A DNA stretch of 27,147 nt from Octopus sinensis (taxonomy: Eukaryota). A program made the translations under genes and the position numbers. The notes beneath the pieces are model-generated. The model did no database searches, was not told where the DNA came from, and was given only the letters and a program-made list of their open reading frames with translations. How positions within the stretch are numbered: position 1 is the stretch's first letter; the number at the start of each line of letters is the position of its first letter. Shown piece by piece: positions 1 to 11,550 of the stretch. The DNA lies in NCBI RefSeq assembly GCF_006345805.1, contig NW_021834058.1, positions 1 to 27,147 on the forward strand, given 5' to 3'.

Positions 1-138
1 AAATTTGTTAGCTTGCTTTCCTCGATTTCAGCATGACGTGTTTTTTATAGCGAATGTATATTGTAATGCGGTAATTAACGATTTAAAGTCTGTTCTCAGC
101 ATATTGCCATAGAAATAATTTTTCTTTTGCCCTTGTTT

Positions 139-145
<7 letters not shown>

Positions 146-225
<80 letters not shown>

Positions 226-262
226 CTATATAAACAGAGAGAGAGACACACACACATACACT
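146..262. repeat. Compound microsatellite (AT)n-(GT)n-(GA)n-(CA)n
   Basis: Directly visible dinucleotide runs; explains ORF 137..355. Confidence 0.95.
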
Positions 263-622
263 TCCCACACACGTACGCATTCTCAAGCGATTGAAAAAAT
301 GCCTGAATGACACTTCTATTGTTTCAGAAAAAGTGACAGGAACGTTATCACACAACAGCCATTAAGATAAAATGTTGAGATTTTGCTAATCCTGACTCTG
401 ACTGCTGCAAACCACCTTAGGCGGTTCTAGCACTCATGAAGTGGCTTCTCTCCAATGATCTAAAAGAGAAAGCCCAGATGTAGACGTGGTAAAAGCAAAG
501 AACAACATTAGACTAAAATTCTTTAATAATCCATACCGCCGCTACATTTCTGGTTTTGATAGATGGCTGTTGAATATTTTTTGCCTTTATCCATCCTTGG
601 AAAGCATGTATTTAAAGTTTAT

Positions 623-990
623 GGAGGCGTAATGACCCAGTGGTTAGGGCAGCGGCCTCACGGTCGTAGGATCGCGGTTTCTATTCCCCGACCGGCGTTG
701 TGAGTGTTTATGGAATGAAAACATCTAAAGTTCTAAGAGGCTCCGGCAGGGGGTGGTGAACCCTACTGTACTCCACCACAACTTTCTCTCATTCTTTCTT
801 CCTGTTTCTGTTGTACCTGTATTTCAAAGGGCATGCCTTCCCACTCTCCGTTACGCTGAACCTCCCCGAGAGCTACGTTAAGGATACAGGTGTCTGTGGA
901 GTGTTCAGCCACTTGCATGTTAACTTCACGATCAGGCTGTTCCGTTGATTAGATCAACTGGAATCCTCGTCGTCGTAACCGACGGAGTGC
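623..990 (+). mobile_element. tRNA-derived SINE, family A, copy 1
   Basis: Head GGAGGCGTAATGACCCAGTGGTTAGGGC has an A-box-like TGACCCAGTGG and a degenerate B-box near 676-687. The first ~180 bp align by eye with 2721-2905, including CAACTTTCTCTCA(C/T)TCTTTC. Confidence 0.8.
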
Positions 991-1178
991 TGCGATAGTT
1001 TGTGTTGTCAAGGTATTATTCCACCATTCATACATAAAACTGAGACCTAGAGTGGGGTTGCTGGTTCAGTCACCATTCACGCACCCACCTACCTACCCAC
1101 TATAAAACAGGTACCACTGCTTTATACGACTGGTTATAACATGCCATTTGGATATATAACTAACCAGGTACAGTACAT

Positions 1179-1179
1179 A

Positions 1180-1245
<66 letters not shown>
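1179..1245. repeat. (CTAT)n tetranucleotide microsatellite
   Basis: Perfect tandem ATCT run. Confidence 0.95.
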
Positions 1246-1246
<1 letters not shown>

Positions 1247-1293
1247 TTTTGCGCATATATACTACATGTTTATATATTTACATGCATAATTGA

Positions 1294-1424
1294 ATATATA
1301 TATATGTGTGTGTGTGTGTGTGTATATGTGTGAGTGTGTGTGTGTATACATGTATAAATGCTTATACATATATATATTTATGTTGAGATATATACATATA
1401 TATCTGTATATCAGTATATACATA

Positions 1425-1472
<48 letters not shown>

Positions 1473-1800
1473 GTATATACATACATACATATGCGTGTGT
1501 GTGTGTGTAAATGCATGTATGTATATACGTGCGAATATACGTACGTGTGCCTGTACATAAAAGCTGTCACTGAAGGCGATAACTGACCTAACAAAACGAC
1601 TGAACAGTTGCATACTAAATTCTTTAAGATGAAATGAATAACAAACTTTTCTCATTATACATACATGCGTAATCCATATCTACACGCACACACATACATG
1701 CACACACACACACACACACATACACACACACTCACATAAACACATAAAGGTGTGTTTGTATATTTATATGTATATATGCGTATATATATATATATATATA
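1294..1800. repeat. Mixed (AT)/(GT)/(CA) microsatellite region interrupted by ~100 bp of unique sequence (1560-1655)
   Basis: Visible runs; source of ORFs 1262..1594, 1290..1586 and 1362..1655. Confidence 0.9.
1562..1609 (+). ncRNA. Degenerate hammerhead-ribozyme-like relic, possibly a Penelope-like terminal repeat fragment
   Basis: AGCTGTCA pairs with TGAACAGTT around CTGAAGG ... AAAA CG AC. There are three core deviations from CUGANGA/GAAA/NUH and no clear stem II. Confidence 0.25.
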
Positions 1801-1801
1801 T

Positions 1802-2356
1802 TTCATCTTCCTTGGCTCCAAAATAAATCGAGATGGTGATTGCACTCCAGAAATAAGACGGCGGACTAGGCAGAGAGGCAATGGTCAGCATGAGCAGGGT
1901 CTGGAAGTGTAGAGATATCAGACTCGCTACCAAATGCAGATTTGTGAATGCAATTGTCTTCCCAATAGCAACATATGGATGCGAGACCTGGACACTAATT
2001 AATGCATTCGAGCTTTGGTGTTGGAGAAGACTTTTGCGGATTCCATGGACAGCGAGGCTCACCAATGGAGAAGTTCTTAAGCAGATAAGGCCGAAAATGT
2101 CGCTAGAAGCTGGGATCACCAAGCGTAGATTGGTATATTTCGGTCATATTATGCGGAGAGAATCCCTCGAGAAGGACATCATGCTCGGAATGGTCAGTGG
2201 CAAGAGAGGAAGAGGCCGACCAAGAACCCACTGGCTTGACACCATCAAGAGTGATACCGGAATGGACATGGCCAATCTGAAGGAAGCGGCCCAGGATAGA
2301 ACTGACTGGAGGACACTGATCAACGAGTGACCGAGAGTCGACTTCGACTGAGCGGA
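1802..2356 (+). mobile_element. 5'-truncated RTE-clade (BovB-like) LINE 3' end, reverse transcriptase C-terminal region, pseudogenised
   Basis: FIFLGSKINRDGDCTPEIRRR from 1802, a frameshift near 1865, then ORF 1881..2330 with the RTE motifs VFPIATYGCETWTL, AFELWCWRRLLRIPWTAR, YFGHIMRR, GKRGRGRPRTHWLD and DRTDWR. The tail GAGAGTCGACTTCGACTGAGCGG resembles the BovB 3' end. Flanked by (AT)n. Confidence 0.92.
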
Positions 2357-2365
2357 TATATATAT

Positions 2366-2421
<56 letters not shown>

Positions 2422-2426
2422 TACAA

Positions 2427-2700
2427 GCAAAATTATTGAGATTCAGATGAATTAGGTACTTAAGTTGAGGCACCAAAAATTAGCGCGGTATTAGCCGTAC
2501 AATTTCAAAATAAGGTGAATAAAAGCAAAATAAGCAACAGGATATCCAGAGGTGATGCAGAGCTGTTGCTTATTGAAATTCATGAAATGTTTTCATTTAT
2601 CGACTAAAGGGAGCTACTCGAAACGGTCGTAATGCATTGATACCTGTTACTTATTTACATTCCCTGTTTTAGATTCTGTTTACACGTATATGTATTTATA
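2427..2700 (+). mobile_element. Probable Penelope-like non-coding fragment with an imperfect hairpin and a decayed hammerhead-like core
   Basis: AAATAAGCAACAGG (~2528-2540) is nearly complementary to CCTGTTACTTATTT (~2643-2656). Between them lies CGA-CTAAAGG-GAG CTA CTC-GAAA-CGGTCGT (2601-2630). Confidence 0.35.
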
Positions 2701-2720
2701 TTCCCATTATATATCCATCT

Positions 2721-3021
2721 GTGGAGGCACATGGCCTAGTCATTAGAGAGCGGATTCGCGGTCGAGGGATCGCGGGTTCGAATCTCAGACCGGATGTTAT
2801 GTGTGTTTATGAGCGAAATACCTAAGCTCCACGGGGCTCGGGTAGAAGTTAATGGCGAGCTTCTGCTGACTCTTTCGTCACAACTTTCTCTCACTCTTTC
2901 CTTCTGCATCTTGCAGCTCACCTGCGACGGACCGGCGTCCCGTCCAGGTGGGGAACCTATACGCCAAAGAAACCGGGAAACAGGTCCTATGCTCCACAAG
3001 GGGCAAAAAAGATTAAGAAGA
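2721..3021 (+). mobile_element. tRNA-derived SINE, family A, copy 2, with a 12-bp target-site duplication
   Basis: A-box TGGCCTAGTCA, B-box GGTTCGAATCT and an AAG-type tail. Exact TSD ATATATCCATCT at 2709-2720 and 3022-3033. Confidence 0.9.
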
Positions 3022-3164
3022 ATATATCCATCTAGCTCTCAAATGAATTTACACAACGGTAAGAAACTCAAAACAAGGCAGCAATATCGTACGCCCTCTT
3101 CTTTCACTCTTTCACTATAAGCGAATCGCATAAGCATGGCCATTGAAAAGATGCTAATACTGGC

Positions 3165-3212
3165 GGTACCCCAACATGGCCAGGGCCTTTGGGCTGAAAT
3201 GTATAATAAAAT
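3165..3212 (+). mobile_element. Isolated 3' tail fragment of SINE family C
   Basis: GGCGGTACCCCAACATGGCCAGGGCC...GCTGAAA resembles GGCGTGCTCCAGCATGGCCGCAG...ACTGAAA near 23963-24000. Confidence 0.5.
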
Positions 3213-3225
3213 TCAAGAGAAGAAT

Positions 3226-3630
<405 letters not shown>

Positions 3631-5189
3631 CGGAGTGAGATATTGTGTATTATATACTTTCCAGAATTATAGAACTGTTAAAAATATTGAAGACTTTAAT
3701 ATAGAGACGTACTAATTAATTATACTAATGTGGGATTAGTCATCGCTGAAAGAACTAATATATGAATCCCTCTCAGTAGCATGGCTTGATAATTTAAAGA
3801 TGCTGAGTTTGTTTAGTAATTGAATAGCAAATATCGAGTGATTCCAGTCGACGAAAATGCCACGATTATTGACTGAAGTGTCTATTACTAACACTTGTAA
3901 CTGTAATCTACTTAATGGAAATCACTTAATCTATTTTATTTTTATCCACGACTCTCATATCCGCATTCTCTTAGATTTTGATGGATTCTTCTCTTTCTCT
4001 TCAACCATTGCCTTTTTATTTTATTTTCCGATTTCTGTCTATCTGATAGCGAAAATCGTTCGATATTTCATACATGTTTACAGAAGAGACGTTTCCTAGT
4101 AGATGTAAGGTTTAAGGTTAAGTTAAGGTCAGGGTCATTTGAGCTAGTCAGAGAAGCAATAACGGGCATGGGGGAGCTGTGAAATAGACTGTTATTCACG
4201 TACACCGAAACACAGGCTGAAACATAGCAAAATACACGCACAAACAGGCAACTGTTGCTGCAAAGTTGATGTTTTTTTTTTCCATTTTCATTATACACAT
4301 TCGTAGTCACGTTCGAAAAATATGATGAATGATACTTTTTATTCAAGTTGCAGTAAAATAACATTAACAATTGGGAAAAAAATATCTGGTAATGTTACCA
4401 TCTCTATTGCAGTGTTATATGAAGGATCTCTACTCTTTAGAAAAGGGAAAAAATAAAAAAAAGGATATATGGTGGAAGTAAAATTTGCTATCAGTTATGG
4501 TGTGCATGCCGAAACTATTTGTTATGACACTTCAAAGCGCTACATTACGCTACACTAACTACAACAGCGAGCGGACGGGGAAGCTTCTACATGATCACTC
4601 AAGTTACTAGATATAGCGGCGAAATATTCCTGATACCATACTTTACCGTTTTAAAGTAGGAAAAACAATTCAGTTCGAGGTAGGAAAAGAGACGAGATGA
4701 TAAAATTTGGAATGCTTTTTATCAAAGCCTGCTCGATTAAGTTTACCTTGGGGGTAAACGACAAAAACAGCATTATATTAAAAGTGCTTGTGTACGTACT
4801 TCTTCTAGTCTTGGTGTAAATCAAATATGAAAATCGAGGCAAGTTGAGGGTGAGATAGAAGCTTAGTTAGTGTTGATACCGTTTGAGAAAAGTATGACCA
4901 CATCTATTACCTCGTTTCACCCTTCACTAAAATATAAGACTTGTGGAATCAATTACGTAAATATTTACCCAACGTACGGTATGATTTGCGTAACAAGAAG
5001 CAACATTATGGCAAATACATAATTTATGATTTCGATTCCTGGTTGGCTGTAGATAATATCTCTAGTGCAAATATTGCCTATTGAGATATGCTTGACCAAC
5101 TCTACCTTCCGTTCACCATTTCTCTACATATAGAGATTCAAATACATATTCTGTCTTTCTGTCTGTTTGTCTCTCTCTCTCTCTCAACT

Positions 5190-5869
5190 ATAAAGGAAGA
5201 ACTCTTAATTCATAGATCAAGTTATGTAATAAGAACTACACGAACAGAACTATACAAACCAACGATGAGCGCTCTATATACTGACATATCACAAATGAAT
5301 GCCCTAGACTTGCCAAAACCACTACAAGCTGTGGCGAAAAGTGGGGCTGGAGAGAGGCAAGATGTGGTGAGCACAGACCACAGAGAGTAGTGGAGTCGGA
5401 CACTAGCAGAATCCTCTGAGATTTCTCAACCCAAACAGATCAGGCGCCAGAGCATAAAGACCGAACCTAGCGGTGGTGGACAAAGGGGCACCGCATATGC
5501 TATATAGTTGATGTTGCGTGTCCCTTTAACTCACGAATAGTCAAGAGGAAGACGAAAAGATAGGTAGATACAACCATCTTAATTACGAAATAGCTCGGCT
5601 ATGAAAAATTAAGAAGGTGAAGATAGTGCCAATTATTGGTGGGTCCTTGGGGAACAGTATCAGAAGACATCAAGAGGAATATAAAGGAAATTGGAATAGT
5701 GTGCCCGGTAGAACTGTTACAAAAGGTCTGCCTCCTTGGCACAGCCAGAATAATCAGGAAAGTATTAGGTGGAAAAAACGAATAGCATGGTACCATAGGC
5801 TGCAGGTAGTAAGCTCGCTACGCATGCAAGACTCCAGGAGCTCCAAGAAAACCTGTGATGAAGAGAAAT
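5190..5869 (+). mobile_element. Decayed Dong/R4-clade non-LTR retrotransposon 3' fragment 1 (zinc-knuckle remnant, restriction-like endonuclease, 3' UTR)
   Basis: Manual translation across frameshifts gives HITNECPRLA, EHRPQRVVESDTSRIL*DFSTQTDQ, RPNLAVVDK, IVDVACPFNSRIV, EIARL*KIKKVKIVPII, ELLQKVCLLGTARIIRKVL. It ends in TAATAATAA. The 5' boundary is uncertain and the match is firm only from ~5284. Confidence 0.8.
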
Positions 5870-5885
5870 TAATAATAATGATAAT

Positions 5886-6170
5886 AGACACGACAGAGTT
5901 GGGACCTACATACACTGGAAGCTATGCCAACACTATGGAATAACAACAGAAAAAAGATGGTATAGGCATACGCGAGAAAAGTCACAGAAAATGAGAAAGC
6001 AACAATACACATAGAGAAATTAAGGCCATTAGGCCAGATATAGTTGTGAGAGATCATGAAAAATAAAAATACTTTCTAACTGATGTAGCAATACCAACAG
6101 ATGACAACATTTCTCTAAAAGAAATGGAGAAACTTTCAAAATATAAAAACATGGAAATAGAGGTAACTCG
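5886..6170 (+). mobile_element. Decayed Dong/R4-clade fragment 2 (restriction-like endonuclease)
   Basis: RHDRVGTYIHWKLCQHYGITTE, WYRH, REIKAIRPDIVVRDHEK (RPD at 6031-6039), TDVAIPTDDNISLKEMEKLSKYKNMEIEVTR. This is the RHD ... PD ... D ... K pattern of R2/R4-type endonucleases. Confidence 0.85.
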
Positions 6171-6790
6171 AAGACAGTATTTACATTAGAAAATATGCAG
6201 ACAGCACAAAATCAGCTCTCCTGCTTGTTGGTATGAACATCATCTTGAGACAGTAGTTGAAGGTAAAAATGTCACTGTCCTCTGGGGTTTTCTAGTAAAC
6301 ACTGGCAGAATGATCCAGTCTAATCGACCAGACATAATTATTAAAGACAGGGAAGAAAATATTTGGAGACTAATAGATGTAAAAATCTAAAAATATATCT
6401 GTAAAGGAATTTGAAAAATTAAGTAAATATAAGGACCTGAAAATTGAAATTCAGTAGGTGTGGCATCTTAAAGCGAGAACTGTTCCTGTTATTGTTGGTG
6501 CCCTAGGTATGATAAAAAAGAAATCTCAGAAACATCTAGATAATATCCCAGAAGAACCATGTCTCAGAAAAATCCAAAAGATTCTGCTGACAAGCACTGA
6601 CCACAGACTTAGAAAAGTCCTAACCATTTAAATGTCTCTGTTGTATTACATGAAGACATTCCGCCACTGTCCCTGCTACTTCACTTCCCCTCTTCAAGCT
6701 GTCAGTCAAAATGTAACATCTCTTATCCTTCATTCGCCCTAGAATGCGTAGTGTGTCTCGGCAAGTGATTGTAACAAACATGCGAGTTAA
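6171..6790 (+). mobile_element. Decayed Dong/R4-clade fragment 3 (endonuclease plus 3' UTR ending in (TAA)n)
   Basis: QYLH*KICRQHKISSPACWYEHHLETVVEGKNVTVLWGF, NRPDIIIKDREE (RPD 6325-6333), EFEKLSKYKDLKIEIQ*VWHLKARTVPVIVGALGMIKK, KIQKILLTSTDHRLRKVLTI*. A ~160 bp UTR follows and runs into (TAA)n. Confidence 0.88.
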
Positions 6791-6814
6791 AATAATAATA
6801 ATAATAATAATAAT

Positions 6815-6856
<42 letters not shown>

Positions 6857-6893
6857 TAATGACAACAACAACAGCAATAACAATAACAATAAC

Positions 6894-6934
<41 letters not shown>

Positions 6935-6968
6935 CAACAACAGCAATAACAATAACAATAACAATAGC

Positions 6969-7030
<62 letters not shown>

Positions 7031-7075
7031 CAACAACAATAACAATAACAATAACAATAACAATAATAATAATAA

Positions 7076-7120
<45 letters not shown>
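6791..7120. repeat. (TAA)n array with an inverted (TTA)n patch and three higher-order ATGACAACA..ATAACA units
   Basis: Directly visible; source of the poly-I and poly-L ORFs at 6854-7173. Confidence 0.95.
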
Positions 7121-7122
<2 letters not shown>

Positions 7123-7664
7123 GCCCTGATGCTGTACCAGACAGTGGCTCTCGTAGCTTCTGATCTTAACTGATTGTAACTGTTATCATGTACATTGTTT
7201 TGTCTTGATATGAAGATGGGCTACAGCAAATATTCTGCCAAATACCACAGATTTGCTTGTCAGTTGGTTGCCCTTAACCAGTTGAGCATGACCCTCAGTG
7301 ACTGATGATATGTGCATCTCTGATCACGAGCAGGTTTAGTAGGTGAGCATCATAGCCATGTGTTGAGAGGAATTCTTTAGAGTTTGAATTTTTCACCTCT
7401 GGAAACATGGGTGTTTCGTTCAACATCCTTAAACAAACCTGATTCCGGCACCTTTTGAATGGAATGGGTTACTCGAAGTGAAGAAAATTCTAACTGGGCC
7501 TCGTCTGCAAGGTTATGCGCTGTTTACCTTGATATGGGATCACCATATCGTGCACATATGGTCTGATGTACTCTTTATTAGATGGGTAGTCATGATGGGT
7601 ATACTGGGTTTTGTACATTTGTACCACAGTGTCATTTTGATGGCATGCACTGCTCTCTCACTCA
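7121..7664. mobile_element. ~545-bp non-coding interspersed element embedded in (TAA)n, probably a non-autonomous TAA-targeting retroelement
   Basis: Sharp boundaries (TAA)n-ATGCCCTGATG ... CTCTCTCACTCA-CTAATACTAATAATAA, higher GC than its flanks and no credible ORF. It resembles an octopus repeat as I recall it. Confidence 0.55.
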
Positions 7665-7926
7665 CTAATACTAATAATAATCTATATCATAACAAGAACC
7701 ATATCATTATAACAGATGTATTTTCTGTCCGTCCATTCGTCACATGTTTGTCTCAGATGAAATGATTTTCAATTAATTTATTTGGAGAAACGAAATAAAA
7801 ACAATAAAATTATTCAATTTTCTCATTAATTTCGCATAAGCAAGTAATATTTGCGCTTTTTTTTTAGTTACAGATTATTTTTTGCACGCATGTCACCGAA
7901 AAATATATTTATGAATATTTCTACAC

Positions 7927-7992
7927 AGCCGCCAGCAGCAGCAGCAGCAGCGCCGCCGACGCCAACAACAACAAAAACATCAACAAAAGCAA
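7927..7992. repeat. (GCC)/(CAG)/(CAA) trinucleotide tract
   Basis: Directly visible; no supporting exon context. Confidence 0.8.
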
Positions 7993-8281
7993 TATGAAAA
8001 AATGTATAAAAAGATAGTATCAAAACCAGATCGTGAGATATGTTTGTTTTATGGCTTAGTCAGACGAGGAGGAGCAATACCTTTAACCTTTGCAGGACCA
8101 CAAATAAGGGGGAAAGGGAAGAAGAAAAATCAACTAATCGCTACTGCAATAGGAATCAATGCAACAGAATATATTATCATCAAACTACAGAATGTCTGGA
8201 CGCTTATGAAAGAGTGGATTCTAACAGTAACCAGGGTTGGTGGGACAAATCTAACACCCCAAAACATATATAGTCCCCACT

Positions 8282-8424
8282 AAATTCCATATCTACCCAG
8301 TTTCATTCCCAAGGCCCTTCGCAACCAGAGGCTGCTGTAGAAGACACTAAGCGACGTGTTGAGAGTTGGGTTTGACATCGGCACTGTGTAGTTGCAGAGT
8401 GAAAGTCTTAAACCCACAGCTGTG
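8282..8424 (-). mobile_element. Old degenerate SINE family C head
   Basis: GAGGCTGCTGTAGAAGACAC...AAACCCACAGC parallels GAGGCTAGAGTAGAAGACAC...CAACACAGCC of the minus-strand copy at 23480-23575. Confidence 0.55.
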
Positions 8425-8715
8425 AGTAAGAATATAAAAGAGATATTTTGACTATTTTCAGTGTTCCTCTTTTTCAGCAATAATCACTGTAATAGGAAAA
8501 AAATATAACAATAACAATAAGTTCACAGACCATTCGAGCCAAGATTAACCACACAATCAGCCATGTTTTTTCTTTCTTGAGCTCTTGAGACATATAGACT
8601 TATAGACCATCTAGTTTTAATTGTTTATTAAAAATAAAATAAAAACATTTGTTTGTCGTTGTTGCTTGGTTATTATTTCACAAATTAATATACATCTATA
8701 TACATACTATTCATA

Positions 8716-8723
8716 AACACACA

Positions 8724-8811
<88 letters not shown>

Positions 8812-8904
8812 TATGTATATATATATGTATATATCTATCTATATATATATATACATATATGTATATATATATATACACACACAAATATATATATATATAT
8901 ACAT

Positions 8905-8935
<31 letters not shown>

Positions 8936-9125
8936 ATATATATATTATATATATATATGTACGTATATATATGTATATATGTATATGTATATATATATAC
9001 TTATATATTATATATCTGTGTATATCTATATACATATATTAAGTATGTAAATATGTATATTATGTATATATAAATATACATATATTCATATATACATACA
9101 TGCATATGCATATTCATACACATAG
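8716..9125. repeat. (CA)n/(AT)n/(GTAT) compound microsatellite
   Basis: Directly visible. Confidence 0.95.
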
Positions 9126-9650
9126 ACATATACCCACACACATCTACAAATACAAGCATAAACAGTGCCAAACACTCCAATCAGCCTCACCCACACACTC
9201 ACACACACAAACGTATGCACGAACAGTCAGGAGCACTCACGTCCAAAAATGAGAAGTTTCCAGTAAAGTTTTGAAAATGTTATTAATTTCACTAAGGATA
9301 ACATCACTGACATGTGTCAAAATCTATAGAATTTCTTTCCCTCCTACCTCGCCTCTTCTACCTTTTTCGCTCTGTCTGACACTCCACTCGATCCCATCCT
9401 CTTACCCATCTTTCTTTCTTTCATTCTGTCCTCTTTGTTTTCCTATATTTCGTCTTTTCTGTTATTGATTTATTTGCTGTTGTCTGTTATTTTCGTTTTG
9501 TTTCGTTTATCTTGTTCTTTTTTAAGCAACATTTGTTTTTCAATAACTCACAATTTCTTCCGGAAAACGACTTGAAATATGAATTTATTGTCTTCGTGTT
9601 TCATTTTCGTATATTTTCTTCTAACATTTCCCCTAAATTTTATTTTATTT

Positions 9651-9708
9651 TATTTTATTCTAATAGTCTTCGCATATGTGTGTATATATATATTTATGTA
9701 TATGTATA

Positions 9709-9762
<54 letters not shown>

Positions 9763-9763
9763 A

Positions 9764-9816
<53 letters not shown>

Positions 9817-9818
9817 TA

Positions 9819-9860
<42 letters not shown>

Positions 9861-9932
9861 CATATTTATATTTGTATATACATATAGATAAATATTTATG
9901 CACACATATGCGAAGACTATTAGAATAAAATA
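9651..9932. repeat. Perfect 32-bp inverted repeat enclosing an (AT)n spacer
   Basis: TATTTTATTCTAATAGTCTTCGCATATGTGTG (9651-9682) is the exact reverse complement of 9901-9932. Confidence 0.92.
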
Positions 9933-10180
9933 TATATATATAAATGTATATGTGTATATATATATATATATATGTACATACATATATACATATATATGTA
10001 TGTGTATCTAAGTATAAACATATATATATACATATATGTATATATACTAACTTACACATACACACATATACATATATATGCGTATGTATATTATATATAC
10101 TTACACATACATACATATATAAGCATATATTAATATATGAATGTGTTTATATATATATATATATATTATATATATATGTA

Positions 10181-10264
<84 letters not shown>

Positions 10265-10295
10265 TGTGTGTGTCTGTGTGTGTGTGTGTGTGTTT
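9933..10295. repeat. (AT)n/(GTAT)n/(GT)n compound microsatellite
   Basis: Directly visible. Confidence 0.9.
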
Positions 10296-10392
10296 GTATT
10301 TGTATTATTTCAATAATAAATATAGAAATAATCTTCACATTTATAAACTTTGCATGCTGGAAGTCTTATCGTTTTTGTCGTTTTTTTTAATC

Positions 10393-10752
10393 ATTATTGT
10401 TGTTACTGCTGATGTGGTTATTGTCGTAGTTGTGGCTGTTGTTGCTATTGTTTATGTGGCTGTTGTCACCGTTTATAATTTGGCAACTGTAAGCCTCTAC
10501 GGTTATCCGGCTACTGCTGATGATTTCTATGCTAATTTAATGAAGCCGATAGCATTATAACCGCCATCCAACAACCAGCAAGTACCAACTGTTTGCCACA
10601 ACCGCCGCCATCAATTCTACCATAAATAACATCAACACTATTATCCCCATCGACGTCACGACTACTGGTATCACGGCCATAACACCACTACCACAAGCAC
10701 CACTACCACCATCACCACGACCAAATCAATCACAACCACAACTATCATTATA
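10393..10752. repeat. Degenerate trinucleotide low-complexity region, GTT/GCT-like then CAC/CAA-like
   Basis: Three-base periodicity is visible and the strand polarity flips near 10550. Confidence 0.65.
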
Positions 10753-11338
10753 ATAAAGTGATTATGGTTATGAGAAAAGAAAGAAGTAGGAGACGTTGAT
10801 AATGTTCAAAATAATAGTTATTTCGCTTCATTAACAACAACAATCGCCACAAAAAGATAATGAATTCATTAAGTTAGCCTCAACATTTTTTTGGTTCCTA
10901 TTTTGAGCAACTTCCGAGAGCAACGTTGGCTTGATGCAGTTAAACTTTGAACTTAAAATGCAGAAAGATAAAAAGTAAATATTCTTAAGTACTTAAACTT
11001 TCTCATATTATAGATAGATTGGGATCTGGTCGCTCGAGAACAACTTCATGATTTTTTTTTGTTGAATGTATTTAATCGATTCGTATGAGGTTTTTCGGTA
11101 ACACTGTTTAAACCTCAATCTCTGTATGTTGTATTTAATATGGGAAAGATATCTGTGCAGGGTGTTGCCTGGAGTCATACGTATTGTTCGGTTGAGATAA
11201 TAGAACTACTTTCTCTTACCTGATTACTTTCTATAAATCTTTAACTCTTTATTTATCTTAATCTTAGACCTAAAATACACCCAATACTGACTTATATAGC
11301 AGCTTGATGGAAGTATTTGTTTAATATTTATTTTCCTT

Positions 11339-11550
11339 AAGGCGGCGAGATGAAAGAATCGTTAACACGCCGGGCGAAATGCTTAGCGGTATTTCATCTA
11401 TCTTTATGTTCTGAGTACAAATTCCGCCAAGGTCGACTTTGCCTTTCATCATTTCGGGATCAATAAATTAAATACCAGTTGCGTACTGTGGCCCTCTAAT
11501 CGACTGTCCCGCTCCCCAAAAGTTCGGGCCTTGTGCCCAGGGTAGGAAAG
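11339..11550 (+). mobile_element. SINE family B copy with a degenerate 16-bp target-site duplication
   Basis: Aligns with 26024-26190 (GGCGGCGAG..GAATCGTTA.CACGCCGGGCGAAATGC..; GTCGACTTTGCCTTTCATC). TSD AATATTTATTTTCCTT (11323-11338) versus AATATTTACTTTACTT (11551-11566), 14/16 identical. Confidence 0.88.

Noticed and set aside
623-700. tRNA genes at SINE heads (also 2721, 23610, 26024)
   Set aside because: A/B boxes are present, but there is no intact cloverleaf and each continues into a SINE body.
8002-8283. Non-repetitive ORFs 8002..8283 and 8040..8273 as a possible host exon
   Set aside because: No recognisable motif and no convincing donor site. BLASTX or RNA-seq would be needed to exclude it fully.
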